Notes: generated by a model from the letters alone, not told the origin. A stretch of DNA of 64,000 bases from Candidatus Latescibacterota bacterium (GCA_963791045.1 CAWBQK010000018.1:96001-160000), one strand, 5' to 3'; counted from the first letter of the stretch, positions 29,018 through 41,550 are shown. Program-made: numbers and translations.

Positions 29018-32000
29018 ATGCAAAGGATTTCCGCACCGTGGCGCCATGTTGTCACGGCTGGGTTGTGCGTGATCGCGTTGGTGTTCATTCTCGGCGTTAT
29101 TGAGACCGCCCAGGCGGCGGACAAACGGCCGCTGATGAGATTTCCCGACGTTCAGGGCGAGACAATCGTATTCGTGCACAGTGAAGATATCTGGTCCGTG
29201 CCCGTGACGGGAGGAGTCGCGACCAGGCTCACGATACACGATGGCGAAGAACGATTTCCGAGGTTTTCGCCCGGGGGCGAGTGGATTGCCTTTACCGGTG
29301 AGTACGATGGGAACGCCGACGTATTCGTGATGAGCGTCCACGGCGGGGACATCACGCGTGTGACATTCAGCCCGTCCTACGACGAAGTCGTCGGGTGGCA
29401 TCCCACCAAGAATAAGATCCTGTTTGCGTCGACACGCAACAGTTTTAACCGGTTCAGACGTTTGTTCCTCATCAGCCCCGATGGCACCGGGCTCGAGGAA
29501 TTGATAATGCACGAGGCGGTACAGGGAAGCTACTCGCCCGACGCGACCAAGATTGCATACAACAGGGAGACACGTGAATTCAGGACGTGGAAACGCTACA
29601 AAGGTGGCGACGTGCAGAATATCCACGTGTTCGATTTCTCGAAAAACGAGGATAGCGAAGGTGGCCAGTTTCGAAGGCACCGACCGTTTACCGATGTGGA
29701 TCGGTGACAAAATCTTTTTTACGTCGGACAGGGATCGTGTCCTCAATATTTATTCGTACGATACAAACACCGGCGACGTGGAGCAGGTTACTCGGCACAA
29801 GGAATACGATGTCCGCCGGCCGAGCGACGGCGGCGGCAAGATCGTTTACGAACTCGGGGGATCGCTGTGGCTGCTCGATACGGCGACGGGAAACTCCGCG
29901 GAGGTTCCGGTTGAGATCCTTGCCGATTCGCCGGAGGTTCGACCCTATATCAAATCCGTCGAAGACTATGTCACGGGATTTGACTGCTCGCCATCGGGTA
30001 AGCGGGCCGTTGTGACGGCTCGCGGCGAGGTGTTCACCGTGCCGGCAAAAGACGGACCGACGCGCAATCTCACGCAGGACGCGGGAGCCCGCGATAAAAA
30101 CGCCGTGTGGTCGCCCGACGGCAAAACCATTGCCTATATATCGGACACAAACGGCGAGTACAACATATATACGATAGATTCAAAAGGCGCCGGTGATGCT
30201 GTAAGACTCACAAACTTCAAAGACGGCTATCGGCACACGCCTCGCTGGTCGCCGGACAGCAAGAAAATCGCGTTCGCCGATCAGACTCTGCGCTGCTATT
30301 ACATCGATGTTGAAAGCAAAAAAGTGGTTGAGATCGACAAGGCGGACTTCGAAAACATCGACGTCTCTCTCGACGTCAAACCCATCTATGATTACGCATG
30401 GTCGCCGGACAGCCGTTTTGTCGCGTATTCAAAAATGGACGAGGATCTCGTATTCAAGGTTTACATGTATTCCCTGGATACGGGGAATATCCACTGCGTC
30501 AGCAGAGGGATCTTTAATGATTTCAATCCCGCGTTTTCGGCGGACGGAAAACACCTCTTGTTTGTGTCGAACAGGCGTTTTGACCCGACGCTGTGTGACT
30601 TCGAATGGGAGATGGTTTACAAGAACGTCGCCGGTGTCTATGCGCTGACGCTCGAGAAGGACGGGGCTCCGCTCCTGCCGTTCGAAAGCGACGAGGAAGC
30701 CATCGAGGTGGAAGAGGCTTCGGACAAGAAAGACGAGGGCGATGAAGAGGTCAAGGTTGTCATCGATTTCGAAGGTGTAGAGGAGAGAATCGAACATCTG
30801 CCGTTTGCGCGCGGCAACTTCCGCTATCTAAACGCGACGGAAAAAGCGATTTTCTATCTCAACAAGGATCAGGGCGATTTTAACCGGTTCGAATTCCGCA
30901 GCAGCGGCCCGATGGATCTGCATCGGTTCTCGCTCGAAGATCGTGAAGACGCGACCGTGATCAAAGCGATAGACGGGTATCGGCTCTCGGCGGATGGCAA
31001 AAAGATCGTCTACCGGCAGGGAAACTCGGTAGGAATTATCGACGCTTCGGCGACGGATTCCCCAGGGAAATCCCTGGATCTTTCGGACATGAAGATGAAC
31101 TTCGATCCGCTGGCCGAGTGGACGCAGATATTCAATGAAGCCTGGCGATGGAAAGGGATTTCTATTACGACCCGAATATGCACGGCCTGGACTGGGACGC
31201 GTTGAAGGAGAAGTACGGGGTTCTTATCCCGTATCGCCTCGTGCCGGCAGGACATTCGTTTTATCATCGGCGAGTTGATCGGCGAGCTCAACACGTCGCA
31301 CACGTATGTTTATGGAGGTGACAGGCAGCGGCGCGCGCACCGAGTCAACGTCGGTATGCTCGGCGTCGACTGGAAGTGGATTCAAAGGCCAACAGTATCG
31401 GTTCGAGAAGATCTATCGTGTCACCGATTGGACGAGGGAGATTCTTCCGCCGCTCGCTCGCCCCGGAGTGCGTGTCAAGGCGGGGGATTATCTCATCAGG
31501 TCAACGGACAGGAAGTCACGGCCGACCGGAATATCTACAGTTATTTCCAGGGCCTTGCCGGCAAACAGGTCACGATTGTCGTCAACGACAAGCCGAACGA
31601 CAAGGGCGCGCGGGAATACACCGTCGAACCGATCAGGGGCGAGTACACGCTTCGTTATCTCGATTGGGTCGAGCACAACCGCAAGGTGTGCGCGGAAGCA
31701 TCCAACGGTGAGATCGGCTACATTCATCTGCCCGATACATATCTCGGGTCGGCACGCGAATTTCCCGAAGTATTTTTATTCGCAGACTTAGAAAGAAGGG
31801 AATCATCGTCGACGGTCGTTTCAATGGCGGCGGACTCGATCCCGACATCTTTCTCCAGCGTCTCGACAAACCGATCCTCGCTTACTGGACGAGGCGGTAC
31901 TCGCACGATCAGACCAACCCCGCCATCGCGACGCGCGCGCACCTCGTCTGTCTGACCAACCGTCAGGCGGGTTCGGGCGGCGACATGCTTCCGATGGAGT

Positions 32001-32311
32001 TCCAGATGAAGAAAATGGGCCCCGTGATCGGTACACGTACGTGGGGCGGTCTCGTCGGCGTGTCGATGTTCATCCCCATGATCGACGGCGGTGGGCTGAC
32101 CGCGCCCGATTACCGGATCTACGGCCCCGATGGGAAATGGATCGTCGAGAACACCGGAGTTACTCCGGACATACAGGTCGATCTCGATCCTGCTGAAATG
32201 GCAAGGGGTTACGACGCACAGTTAATGAAGGGCATTGAGGTCCTGCTCGAGCAGATCAAGGCCGATCCGCTCAAGTGGCCCAAGCACGAAGCAATCCCGG
32301 TCGACCGCTAG
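29018..32311 (+). CDS. Tricorn protease homolog (S41), exported; interrupted by about 6-7 frameshifts (probably assembly errors)
   Basis: LMRFPDV, PD40-type propeller repeats (FSPGG, WSPDG), WR/MERDFYYDPNMHG.DW, IGELNTSH, PDZ, IGYIHLPD, DGRFNGGG, catalytic GSGGD, GTRTWGGLVG. Pieces lie in different frames. Confidence 0.9.
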
Positions 32312-32336
32312 GCCGACCCTGGAAACCGGATCAGCG

Positions 32337-32371
32337 AGGGGCGATGCCCGTGAGGTGTCGCCCCTTTCTTT
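32337..32371 (+). terminator. Intrinsic terminator after tricorn
   Basis: AGGGGCGATGCC / GGTGTCGCCCCT stem followed by TTCTTT. Confidence 0.7.
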
Positions 32372-32387
32372 ATGGTGGGGTGCCCCC

Positions 32388-32413
32388 GCAACAAATTGTC
32401 CGATTCCCACGTA
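32388..32413 (+). promoter_or_regulatory. Candidate ECF sigma promoter upstream of the DUF4097 gene
   Basis: GCAAC-N17-CGTA directly after the terminator. Confidence 0.5.
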
Positions 32414-32505
32414 TTTATGGTTAAGCACACGGCGATCCGACCAATCACCGGGTGCGGGATTCATGCCCTCGTTGGGCGCACGATTCTCTCGGAAGGAGAA
32501 TGCAG

Positions 32506-33492
32506 ATGCGCAAGATTTATGTACTGGCTGTGGTGTGCGCCATTATCGGCGCCTGGGTGGTGGCGTCCGCGGAAGATTCGGACCAGACCTGGAGTTTTTC
32601 AGATGCCGACGCGATCCGAATCGACGGCGTGTCCGGCGACGTGGTGATCCTGCCCGCGGAGGACGGAAAGGGACGGATCGAGCTTTACGAGGATGTCCGG
32701 CCGAGCGATTCATTTGGAGTCCAGGTAAGCAATGACGACGGAACATTGAGATTGAAGGAGCGATGGTATGGAGGGAGTTCCAGCGGCGAAGTGAGATGGA
32801 CCATCTATCTTCCGAGTGGGAAAAACGCTCCGGCGGTGAAGGTGTCTACGGCGTCGGGTAGTCTCAAATGCAAAGACGTCGAAGTGGAAATCAGGTTCAA
32901 AACGGCGAGCGGCGACATCGATCTCTCAGGCGTCGACCTCAAAGAGGACTCCGATTTCAGCACGGCGAGCGGCGACTTCGAGATCGAACACATGACGATC
33001 CGCGATGACATCGAATTCAGTACGGCGAGCGGTGACATGGAACTTCTGGATCTCAAGATCGGCGAAGACTGCAGTTTCTCGACCGCCTCGGGTGACGTTG
33101 TCGTGTCCGATTGCGATTGCGAGAACGACGTTCATTTTAGTTCGGCCAGCGGCGATGTCACAGTCAAGAATTCAAACATCAAGGGTGAAGGCAAATTCTC
33201 CTCCGCTTCGGGTAACGTGGCAGTATACCTCGACAAAATGCCGAAAGACAACCTGGAGGCAGCCTCTGCGTCGGGAAATGTGACATTCGATGTCAAAGAC
33301 TACGGCGATGATTTTACGCTCATTCTCATAAAGAGAAAGGACAAGGGGCGGATATCATGCCCGTTCGATTACACCGAAGAAGATGAGTTCTGGGATCATC
33401 ACGAATACGAAAGAAAGATAGTCAAGCGCGGTTCCGGCAGGCCCACCATCGAGCTTCGCACCGCGTCCGGTAAGGTAGTTGTGCGAAAGTAG
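32506..33492 (+). CDS. DUF4097 beta-strand repeat protein, exported
   Basis: Signal peptide and about nine S/T-ASG(D/N) repeats at ~20-aa spacing. AAGGAG RBS. Confidence 0.85.
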   Translation: MRKIYVLAVVCAIIGAWVVASAEDSDQTWSFSDADAIRIDGVSGDVVILPAEDGKGRIELYEDVRPSDSFGVQVSNDDGTLRLKERWYGGSSSGEVRWTIYLPSGKNAPAVKVSTASGSLKCKDVEVEIRFKTASGDIDLSGVDLKEDSDFSTASGDFEIEHMTIRDDIEFSTASGDMELLDLKIGEDCSFSTASGDVVVSDCDCENDVHFSSASGDVTVKNSNIKGEGKFSSASGNVAVYLDKMPKDNLEAASASGNVTFDVKDYGDDFTLILIKRKDKGRISCPFDYTEEDEFWDHHEYERKIVKRGSGRPTIELRTASGKVVVRK

Positions 33493-33534
33493 TGTGTGCC
33501 GGGCCGGGAAGGCCGATCAATCCCACACACTCGT

Positions 33535-33572
33535 CAAACGGGGAACGGCTTGCACCGTTCCCCGTTTGTTTT
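33535..33572. terminator. Bidirectional intrinsic terminator
   Basis: 14-bp inverted repeat CAAACGGGGAACGG / CCGTTCCCCGTTTG plus T-tract, between convergent genes. Confidence 0.75.
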
Positions 33573-33602
33573 GGGTGTGTTCAGCAGCCCAGGAAAACTT
33601 GT

Positions 33603-36364
33603 TTATCGAAGAAGCACCATCTTCTTGGTCGCCGTATTTTGACCCGCGATGATCCTGTAGAAGTAGACGCCCGAGGCGACTCCGCTGCCGCTGCTGTTTT
33701 TGCCGTCCCACAAGACCTTGTGATCTCCCGCCTCCATATCCTTCGACACGAGCGTGCGGATGTGACGTCCCGAGACGTCGTACACCTTCATGTCAACGAG
33801 CCCTTTTGACGGCACGGTGAAGGGGATCGTCGTGACCGGGTTGAATGGGTTGGGGTGGTTCTGTTCGAGCGCGAGCGCAAGCGCCGGAGTTTCGGTTTGT
33901 ATGCCCGTCGGGTGGTACGGCTCGTTGAACAACGATCCGAGATATGAACTCGACATTGGCGCGACACTCATTGTGAGCCCAGCGATACGGCCGTCCGCTT
34001 ATCAACGCAAAACGGGCGCCGTCCTCGCGGTGGGTCCCTCCGCCCGCGGGGACGCGGATGACGCCGATCCCCCTGTCGGTACTGAAATTCAACGTCTCTT
34101 TGAAGAGAAGATGGCTCTCCGTCGTGGCGAGCGATGTGTCAAAGACCGCGGCGTAGGTACTTCCGTCACCGGTCAAGGGCATGTCCACGAGCCCGGGAAA
34201 CGTGGATATGCAATCGTCGAGAGTGTTGAGCGGCGCCGTTTCTCTTTCCCGCCAGGTGATTCCGAGATAATCCCGAAGCGTCTCATCAATAAAAGCGTTT
34301 GCCCACCTCGTCATGAGAAGTACATTTCCGCCCGCTTCGATATACCCGCGGATGGGTGTTTCGAGCCAGTTTGTCAGATCGCCGTTATAGTTGTTTCCCA
34401 CCCAAACGACCGATGAGAACTGCTTGAGTGTGTCGGCGGGGATGGACCCGTGGCCGAGAGGCGCGGGGAGATTGGCCGGGTAGCCCAGGCCCGTCTCATC
34501 GAAGCAATCCCAGAAGGTCATGTCATAGTCGCCCCAGAAGATACTATCCTCGTACGCCGGCCAGATTTGCGGAATGTAGTTTGGGTAGTCGAGGTCCACA
34601 CCGTTGACAACGAGGATGCCGCGGTGGAAAGTCGGATCCGCGATGCCGGGGACAACGGTCCGGAGGATCCAGTTGTCCTTGTCGATCGCGATTTCGAGCG
34701 GCTCGTCGTCGATGGAGAGTGTGAAATCTTGTGTGGCGAGACTGTCCCATACAACGAATGTGGTGTCACCGAGCGCGGTGGTGACGGTGATGTCGATGGG
34801 CATCTTGAAAATATGGTTGGTCTGCAGCTGATCGATCGAAAGCGACACGTCATAGCCGCCGCCATTTGGGGTCGACGACCATGTGTATTGGTACTTGGGG
34901 TAATACTCCTCATAGATCCATTGCTGGAAAAACCAGTCGAGATCCATTCCCGAAACGTCTTCGCACAGATCCCTGAATTCTTCGGTGGTGGCGGTGCCGT
35001 ACTGATAGCGCGAATCGGCGTAGTAAGTGGTCAGGATGTTAAAAAACATGGTATCCCCGACCACATGCCGAAGCATGTGAGGCACCCACGAGCCCTTGTT
35101 GTAGGAGAGATTCGAATCGAAAATCCTGTTGAAATCGTTGGGGTCTGAGACAAAGATAGTGCCCGGACCAAAGTACTTCGCGTATGCCATGTCCTGGTGG
35201 TACTGAGCAACACCGTATTTTTGCTCCGACCACAATGCCTCCGAGTACGTGGCGAAACCCTTCGTTGAGCCAGATGTGGTGAAAACTGTCGCAGGTGATC
35301 ATGTCGCCCCACCACATGTGTGCCAGCTCGTGCACGATCAGATACTCGCTGGCCGTATTGCAGTAAAGGCTGGTCATGGTCTGATGCTCCATGCCGCCGC
35401 CGCCACAGAAACTGGGCGTGTCCGTACTTTTCTTCGATAAAGGGGTACTCGCCAAAGAGCGACGCGAACACTTCGATCATCTCAGCGGTTTTTCGCATAG
35501 TTGGCCTCGACGAGCGTGTATTTGTCGGGGAAAGACATAGAACTGGATTTCCATCGAGTCGGTGGGGGAGTAGACGTACCAGTCCGAGTAGGTCGTGTAG
35601 GGATGAATCGCAACCGAAACCAGATAGGTGGTGATGGGGTAGCCCTCGTGCCAGTGATACGTCTTGTCGGGCCCGTTGATGGTTTCGCTTACCAGATTGC
35701 CGTTCGAAGCGACGATCAAGTCGCTGGGAACGGTAATATGGATGTCCACCGAGTCGGCCTTGTCGGAGGGGACGTCCTTGCACGGCCACCAGGTCCTGGC
35801 GCCGTAGGGCTCGCTCAGACTCCAGATCATCGGCTCGGTGCTATACGTATCAAATCCGAAAGCGCCCCATTGGGTGTTCGGCGTCCCCGAGTAAACCACC
35901 GTGAACTCGAACATCTCGCCCTGGATGTATGTGCGGTCGAGTGTGACGGTGAGAATGTCGCTGATGTGGGAATATGCTAGTGACCCTCCCGACCACGTCA
36001 CAGCGTTGACCAGCATGTTGCTGAGCAGGTTCAGTTCAATTGTCGAGAGAGACGCGCCCGTGATTTCACCCGTGACGGTTACCGACCCGGATACGATCGA
36101 AGTCACGGGATCCAAATCGAGATCGAGTTCGTAGTACACCACATCGTAGTCGTCCTGGTTTGCCGTTTGTGCCTGATCGGCCATGTACAGCCCGGCGAAA
36201 CGGTCGGCTTTTTGACGAGCGAGATCCTTGCGAAAATCGCGAGGCATCTCCTCCTCCTGCGCGGTGACGTAGGCAGGCGTAAATAGGAGACCGGCGATGA
36301 TCAAGAGAACAAACAATCGGCCGCATGCGAGGGCAAAGACACGAGTTGCACGATGACTCAGCAT
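33603..36364 (-). CDS. Secreted M1 family aminopeptidase with FlgD/T9SS-like C-terminal domain; frameshifted (probably assembly errors)
   Basis: YDVVYYELDL, SEPYGARTWWPCKD, GGMEHQT, HELAHMWWGD...WLNEG (HExxH-18-E), SYNKGSWV, QNHPNPFNP tail. Split over at least four ORFs. Confidence 0.88.
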
Positions 36365-36567
36365 GAAGTCACTCCCTGGTTGGTAACGTTGTCGGACTGT
36401 ATATGTGCCAGTTTTCGAGCGGCCTCGCCGCTGTTAATTCCATAGCATAACATATTAGTGCATTTATTTCAACGAGTTATGGCGCAATTGTTAGGTCTGC
36501 CGAACGCCCCGGCGGACGTAGTCGCCGAACGGGTGTCATGACTCGGGTTTGGCCCCTTCCGGTTTGG

Positions 36568-36596
36568 TTGACGGTTTGGAGATAACTGTTTAAACT
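36568..36596 (+). promoter_or_regulatory. Sigma-70-type promoter for LOG-pfkA
   Basis: TTGACG-N17-TAAACT, ~65 nt upstream of the ATG. Confidence 0.55.
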
Positions 36597-36661
36597 ACTC
36601 CACCGCATGGAATAATAAGGGTCCATCAGCATCTCGGACATTCGATCGAAAGGACAGGGCT

Positions 36662-37378
36662 ATGCCCGCCCCAAAAAGATACAAGAAATACTCGATGTCA
36701 CTCCTCGAACAGGTGAGCGGCGTCGAAAAACATTTTCTCTCCGGCAAGAGAGACCGGGGCGCGGATCTCGAAAGTGCCACACGGATATTTCTCGAATTCC
36801 TCCACGGGTTCGAATCTTTTAATTTTGATGGTCCGTGTGTCACGGTTTTCGGCTCTGCCCGGTTCAATGAAGATCACGAATACTATGTTATGGCGCGCGC
36901 GCTCGGAAAGCGCCTGGCAGAGGAGGGGTATGCGGTGATGACGGGGGGAGGTCCCGGCATAATGGAAGCGGCCAACCGCGGGGCCAAAGAGGGTGGGGGC
37001 TTAAGTCTCGGCTGCAACATCGAACTTCCGATGGAGCAGGATCCCAACGAGTACATGGATCACTTTATCGAATTCGATCACTTCTTTGTCCGCAAAGTAA
37101 TGCTTGTGAAGTTTTCCAGCGCGTTTGTGGTTTTGCCCGGCGGGTTCGGCACGCTCGACGAGACATTTGAAACACTGACTTTGATTCAGACCAAAAAAAT
37201 TGAACGCTTCCCAATTGTTGGAATGGGGACCAAATTCTGGGACAATATAAAGAAATTTATTGGCGAGTCGCTTGTCGCCGCGGAAACCATTGACCCTGAA
37301 GATCTCAATCTTTTTAAGGTGACGGACTCGATAGACGAGGCTCTGGGTTTGGTCCGGAACGGTTGGGACAAAAAATAG
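36662..37378 (+). CDS. LOG family (TIGR00730) nucleotide phosphoribohydrolase
   Basis: VTVFGSAR, TGGGPGIMEAANRGA, HFFVRKVML, PGGFGTLDE. Confidence 0.92.
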   Translation: MPAPKRYKKYSMSLLEQVSGVEKHFLSGKRDRGADLESATRIFLEFLHGFESFNFDGPCVTVFGSARFNEDHEYYVMARALGKRLAEEGYAVMTGGGPGIMEAANRGAKEGGGLSLGCNIELPMEQDPNEYMDHFIEFDHFFVRKVMLVKFSSAFVVLPGGFGTLDETFETLTLIQTKKIERFPIVGMGTKFWDNIKKFIGESLVAAETIDPEDLNLFKVTDSIDEALGLVRNGWDKK

Positions 37379-37414
37379 AGTTACGATTCGTCGATTCGAT
37401 TAAGGAGAACACCA

Positions 37415-38398
37415 ATGGCAAAAACGTTAAAAAAAATCGGGGTATTGACGAGTGGCGGGGATTCGCCAGGAATGAACGCGTGTATCCGGGCCGTGACGAG
37501 GACCGCCCTCTATCACGAGATCGAAGTTGTCGGTTTTCGATTTGGATACAGAGGTGTTCTCGAAATGGATTTCCGGCCGATGGGAAGCCGGTCGGTATCG
37601 AATATTATTCAACGAGGCGGGACGATACTTGGGAGTTCCCGGTGCAAGGACTTTGAAACCGAAGCGGGTTTGTACAAGGCGGGGGAAAACTTGAGGGAAA
37701 TAGGTGTGGACGGGCTGATGGTGATCGGGGGCAATGGGTCGCTCAAGGGCGCGGATGCGTTGATGAAATTCTGGGATGGCCAGGTCATAGGCCTCCCCGG
37801 GACGATTGACAACGATCTCGGCGGCACGGATTTCACGATCGGTTATTTCACCGCAGTAGACACGGGGCTCGATGCGATCGACAAAATTCGCGACACGGCT
37901 GAGGCGTTTGACCGGATTTTCATCGTCGAGGTAATGGGAAGAAAATCCGGAGATATCGCCATGGGGGTGGGTATCTCCGGTGGCGCAGAAGAAATCCTGG
38001 TGCCCGATAATTCCGAAAGCCTCGAGGCGGTTGCGAAGCGAATCATCGACGCAAAGCAGCGCGGCAAGGTCAGCTACATCATGGTCGTGGCCGAGGGGTA
38101 CTGTGAAGGGGGCGCTTTTGAAGTGTCACGACGGCTGAAGGAGATCACGTCCTTCGATTGCAAGCCTTGTGTTCTCGGGCACATTCAACGCGGCGGTTCT
38201 CCGATCGCCCACGACAGGTACATGGGCACGCGTCTCGGCGCGCACGCAGTGATTGCCGCCATGGACGGCGCGAACGGTGTTCTTGTCGGCGTGTGCAAAG
38301 GTGAGGTGAAGTTGACACCGTTCAAAGAAATCGATGCCGACAAGCACGCGTTCAAAACGGAGTACTGGTTGAAGATCAATGAAATGCTCACGCGGTGA
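37415..38398 (+). CDS. pfkA: ATP-dependent 6-phosphofructokinase
   Basis: LTSGGDSPGMNA, GGTILGSSR, GGNGS, PGTIDND, VEVMGR, LGHIQRGG. Confidence 0.95.
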   Translation: MAKTLKKIGVLTSGGDSPGMNACIRAVTRTALYHEIEVVGFRFGYRGVLEMDFRPMGSRSVSNIIQRGGTILGSSRCKDFETEAGLYKAGENLREIGVDGLMVIGGNGSLKGADALMKFWDGQVIGLPGTIDNDLGGTDFTIGYFTAVDTGLDAIDKIRDTAEAFDRIFIVEVMGRKSGDIAMGVGISGGAEEILVPDNSESLEAVAKRIIDAKQRGKVSYIMVVAEGYCEGGAFEVSRRLKEITSFDCKPCVLGHIQRGGSPIAHDRYMGTRLGAHAVIAAMDGANGVLVGVCKGEVKLTPFKEIDADKHAFKTEYWLKINEMLTR

Positions 38399-38465
38399 CC
38401 TTCGTGAACGCGATGGCCGCTTGGGTTTCTTCTTGGGTTGGCTTGTCGTTTTGTGGGGCTTGACT

Positions 38466-39910
38466 CTAATCGAGTTCGTGGACGACGATCAGATTGTGCC
38501 GTGACACGCGTAGCCCGGTGCCCGCTATCATGACGATGCGGTCGCCGCCGCCGAGATACCCCGCCTCACGCGCACGTGCGACGACAAAATCAAGAATCCG
38601 TTCCGGTTTATCGGTCGGGCTCCCCGCGAGCGGCTGAACTCCCCAATACAGACACATCTTCCTGAGTGTGGCCGGTGACTCGCTGACACCAACTGTCGGA
38701 ATTTTGAGACGCCTGTTGGAGACGGCCCGCGCCGTTGCGCCGCTCTTGCTTGCCACCACGATGACCTTGGCGTCGATCGATTCGGCGAGCTCGCCCGCCG
38801 CCCGCACGACTCCGCGCGTTATATCCGGGACATCGGTTGTGCCGTCGCCGTCGCCGCCGCCGATGTCTTATAGGTTTCTTCGGTTGCCATCGCGATACGT
38901 GCCATCATCTCGACCGTCATCCGCGGATAGGCGCCGATTGCCGTTTCACCCGAGAGCATACATGCGTCCGCACCGTCGAGAATAGCGTTGGCCACGTCGG
39001 TCGCCTCGGCGCGCGTCGGCACGCGGGAATGCTGCATGCTGTCGAGCATCTGTGTCGCGACGATGACCGGTTTATGAAAACGCCTGCACATGGAGATAAT
39101 CTGTTTCTGGACGACAGGCACCCGAGCGATATCGATTTCTACCCCGAGGTCGCCGCGCGCGATCATAATCCCATCGGCGGTTTTTACAATGGCGTCAAGA
39201 TCGTCGAGCGCCTCCGGTTTCTCGATTTTTGCGATAGCGTGCGTGTTCGCCCCTTCCGTCTCGATTAGTGTTTTGAGCTCCGCGACATCGCCCGCCGAAC
39301 GAACAAAACTCAAACCGATATAATCAATGTCGTTCTGTGCCGCCCAGAGCGCGTGTTCGCGGTCCTGGCTCCCAAGCGTGGGAACACTCAATTTGAGTCC
39401 GGGGAGGTTGACACCCTGTCCGCTGCGGACGATCCCCGACTGGATCACCCGGCAGACGGCGGAATCTTTTTCCAGGCTTTCAACCTCGAGAACGACGGTC
39501 CCGTCGGCCAGCATCACCAGCCGCCCGACTTCCAGTTCGTCGATGAGTGGGGCATAGGTGGTCACGAGCTTTGCCGGATCGGACGACTCCTCGCCACGGA
39601 CAAAACGAATGATCGCGTCCGCCGCGCATTCGATCTTGCCGCCGGGTACGGCGCCGAGCCGGATCTTGGGTCCCGCGAGATCGACGAGTATGGCGATCTG
39701 ACGCGCCGACTCGTCCGCGGCCTTCCTGATCATCGCCAGGTGATCTTCATGTTCGGCGCGGTTGCCGTGTGCCATGTTGATACGAAAAACGTTCACACCG
39801 GCGAGAATGAGCTCTTTGATTCCGTCGCCGTCTCCGCACGCTGGCCCGACGGTGGCGATGATTTTTGTGTGACGTAGACGCGCCGACGGCGAGAGTTTGT
39901 TTTCGGGCAT
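38466..39910 (-). CDS. pyk: Pyruvate kinase; one frameshift near 38850 (probably assembly error)
   Basis: TKIIATVGPA, GPKIR, AKIEK, MIARGDLGVE, ATQMLDSM, MLSGETA. The C-terminal domain (SKSGATAR...CLYWGV) is in another frame. Confidence 0.93.
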
Positions 39911-39917
39911 AGGTCCT

Positions 39918-41384
39918 TTAACCTCGTTTCAAGTTTTCAAGAAGTTCGGGGAGGGATACGAGCGCAATTGTAGTCACCATGTCGCTCATTGCATATGGAA
40001 TTATGAGGGTGTCATTGTGGAGCATCGCTCCGCAGGTATAAGCGACGTTGGGTACGTACCCAACGCGCTCCTCTCCGGTCGGGACAATAAGCGGTTCTCG
40101 GGTCTGACCGATGAGCCGCGATGGATCGTCCCGGTCCAGCAATGCGGCGCCGATACAGTACTGCCGCATCGGGCCCACGCCATGTGTCAAAAGAAGCCAC
40201 CCTTCGTCGGTTTCGATGGGAGACCCACAGTTGCCGATTATGACCATTTCCCACCAGTATTTCGGCGTCTGGACAAGCCGCCCCTCGTCCCACACCCTCA
40301 CGTTATCCGATTCGAGAATAAAGAGGTTCTCGCCGTCGAGACGGCCCGACATTACGTATTTGCCCCGGATTCTCTTTGGAAACAAGGCCATGCCCTTGTT
40401 CTTCGCATAGCGCCCATACATCGTTCGGATGTCGATTTTGTCCTGGGAGGCCGATAGCGCGAGTAGCGTCGGGAATGTAGCATAACCGTTGAAGGCCGTG
40501 TACGTGCCGTAAAGACATTCCGACCCATCGTCCTCGGTGAACCTGACCAGTCTTACGTCCTCGATCCCACGGCTTTCGTTCTCGGAAGACGGGAAAATAA
40601 CGATTTCGGACGCGTATACGTCGTCGGGGAGGAGAAGCTTATAGTTGGAACGGGCCAGGTAGAGCATGTTCTCCGCGCACTCCGCGGTGTCGGTCGCCGC
40701 GGGACAGGAGGCGTTTTCATTTTCGATCTCGCTACTGAGTTCATCATAGGTGAACCGATCACCGAGTTTTGCGAGTACCTTTCTGGATACATCATTGATT
40801 GCGCCGATATCGGTCAGGGTTTTTGTAAAGGTTTCGGTGACGTACTCGAAATCATTCACTTTCTTTAGCGGACGGCTGACGGGGCTGTTCATCTCAACAA
40901 TAATGTGGTTGTCCGTATCGATTACGCCGCGGCGAAACACGATTGACGACACGTGTCCTTCGCCGGTCGCGCGCAAACTCATCAGAAACCGTGTCGAGCC
41001 GGCCGGCAAATCACCCTGGTCGAGCGCCTGGACCATCGACGGGTTGAACAGCGCCGCCGATTCGATCGCATACTCCATTGTAAAAAACGCACCGATCAGT
41101 AGCCGTTGTTTTGTCGTGATTTCAACGTTGAGTGGAACCGTGTGCCGGATGTGATCGTAGTGCTCCACCCACACATCGGCGATGTCAGGATGCTGCGTCC
41201 GGAACTGCTTCTCGAGATCCAGAACTATAGCGGACACCTGTACTTCCGTCAGTGTCAGAACGCGCTCGATTGTCCGGCGTGCCCGCTTGTCGTCTCCCGG
41301 AGAAAAAAAGCGGGGAATCACCCGGGTCGGGTCGGGTTCAATCCGGATCGGGTGCCGCGTGACCTCAATCTTTGACTGTCTCAC
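39918..41384 (-). CDS. Glycoside hydrolase family 130 protein (mannoside phosphorylase/hydrolase-like)
   Basis: EYAIESAALFNPS, SLRATGEGHVSSI, GIEDVRLVRF, YTAF, NKGMALFP, GNCGSPI, HGVGPMR, GYVPNV. GTG start after GGGAG. Confidence 0.88.
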   Translation of the reverse strand: MRQSKIEVTRHPIRIEPDPTRVIPRFFSPGDDKRARRTIERVLTLTEVQVSAIVLDLEKQFRTQHPDIADVWVEHYDHIRHTVPLNVEITTKQRLLIGAFFTMEYAIESAALFNPSMVQALDQGDLPAGSTRFLMSLRATGEGHVSSIVFRRGVIDTDNHIIVEMNSPVSRPLKKVNDFEYVTETFTKTLTDIGAINDVSRKVLAKLGDRFTYDELSSEIENENASCPAATDTAECAENMLYLARSNYKLLLPDDVYASEIVIFPSSENESRGIEDVRLVRFTEDDGSECLYGTYTAFNGYATFPTLLALSASQDKIDIRTMYGRYAKNKGMALFPKRIRGKYVMSGRLDGENLFILESDNVRVWDEGRLVQTPKYWWEMVIIGNCGSPIETDEGWLLLTHGVGPMRQYCIGAALLDRDDPSRLIGQTREPLIVPTGEERVGYVPNVAYTCGAMLHNDTLIIPYAMSDMVTTIALVSLPELLENLKRG

Positions 41385-41550
41385 TTTTTGTCTCCCTCGC
41401 TGAAGCCCGGCGCTTGAATTTCGAGCTGCTTTTGGTTTCATCTTGTTGGCCTGCAATCACTATAGGTATGGTTGCTCGGTCGCGCAAGCCCCGAGAAACG
41501 GCCCACGGGCCGAACGGGGGCACTGGCAGCTGTTAACTCAATACAAAACA

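Noticed and set aside
29640-31800. Programmed frameshifting or phase variation in tricorn
   Set aside because: There are too many independent shifts, no consistent slippery or SSR motif, and the same pattern occurs in essential genes.
32901-33280. 60-bp periodic repeats (ACGGCGAGCGG(C/T)GAC) resembling a CRISPR array
   Set aside because: They are in-frame codons for the STASGD repeats of the DUF4097 protein and vary at wobble positions. No cas genes are present.
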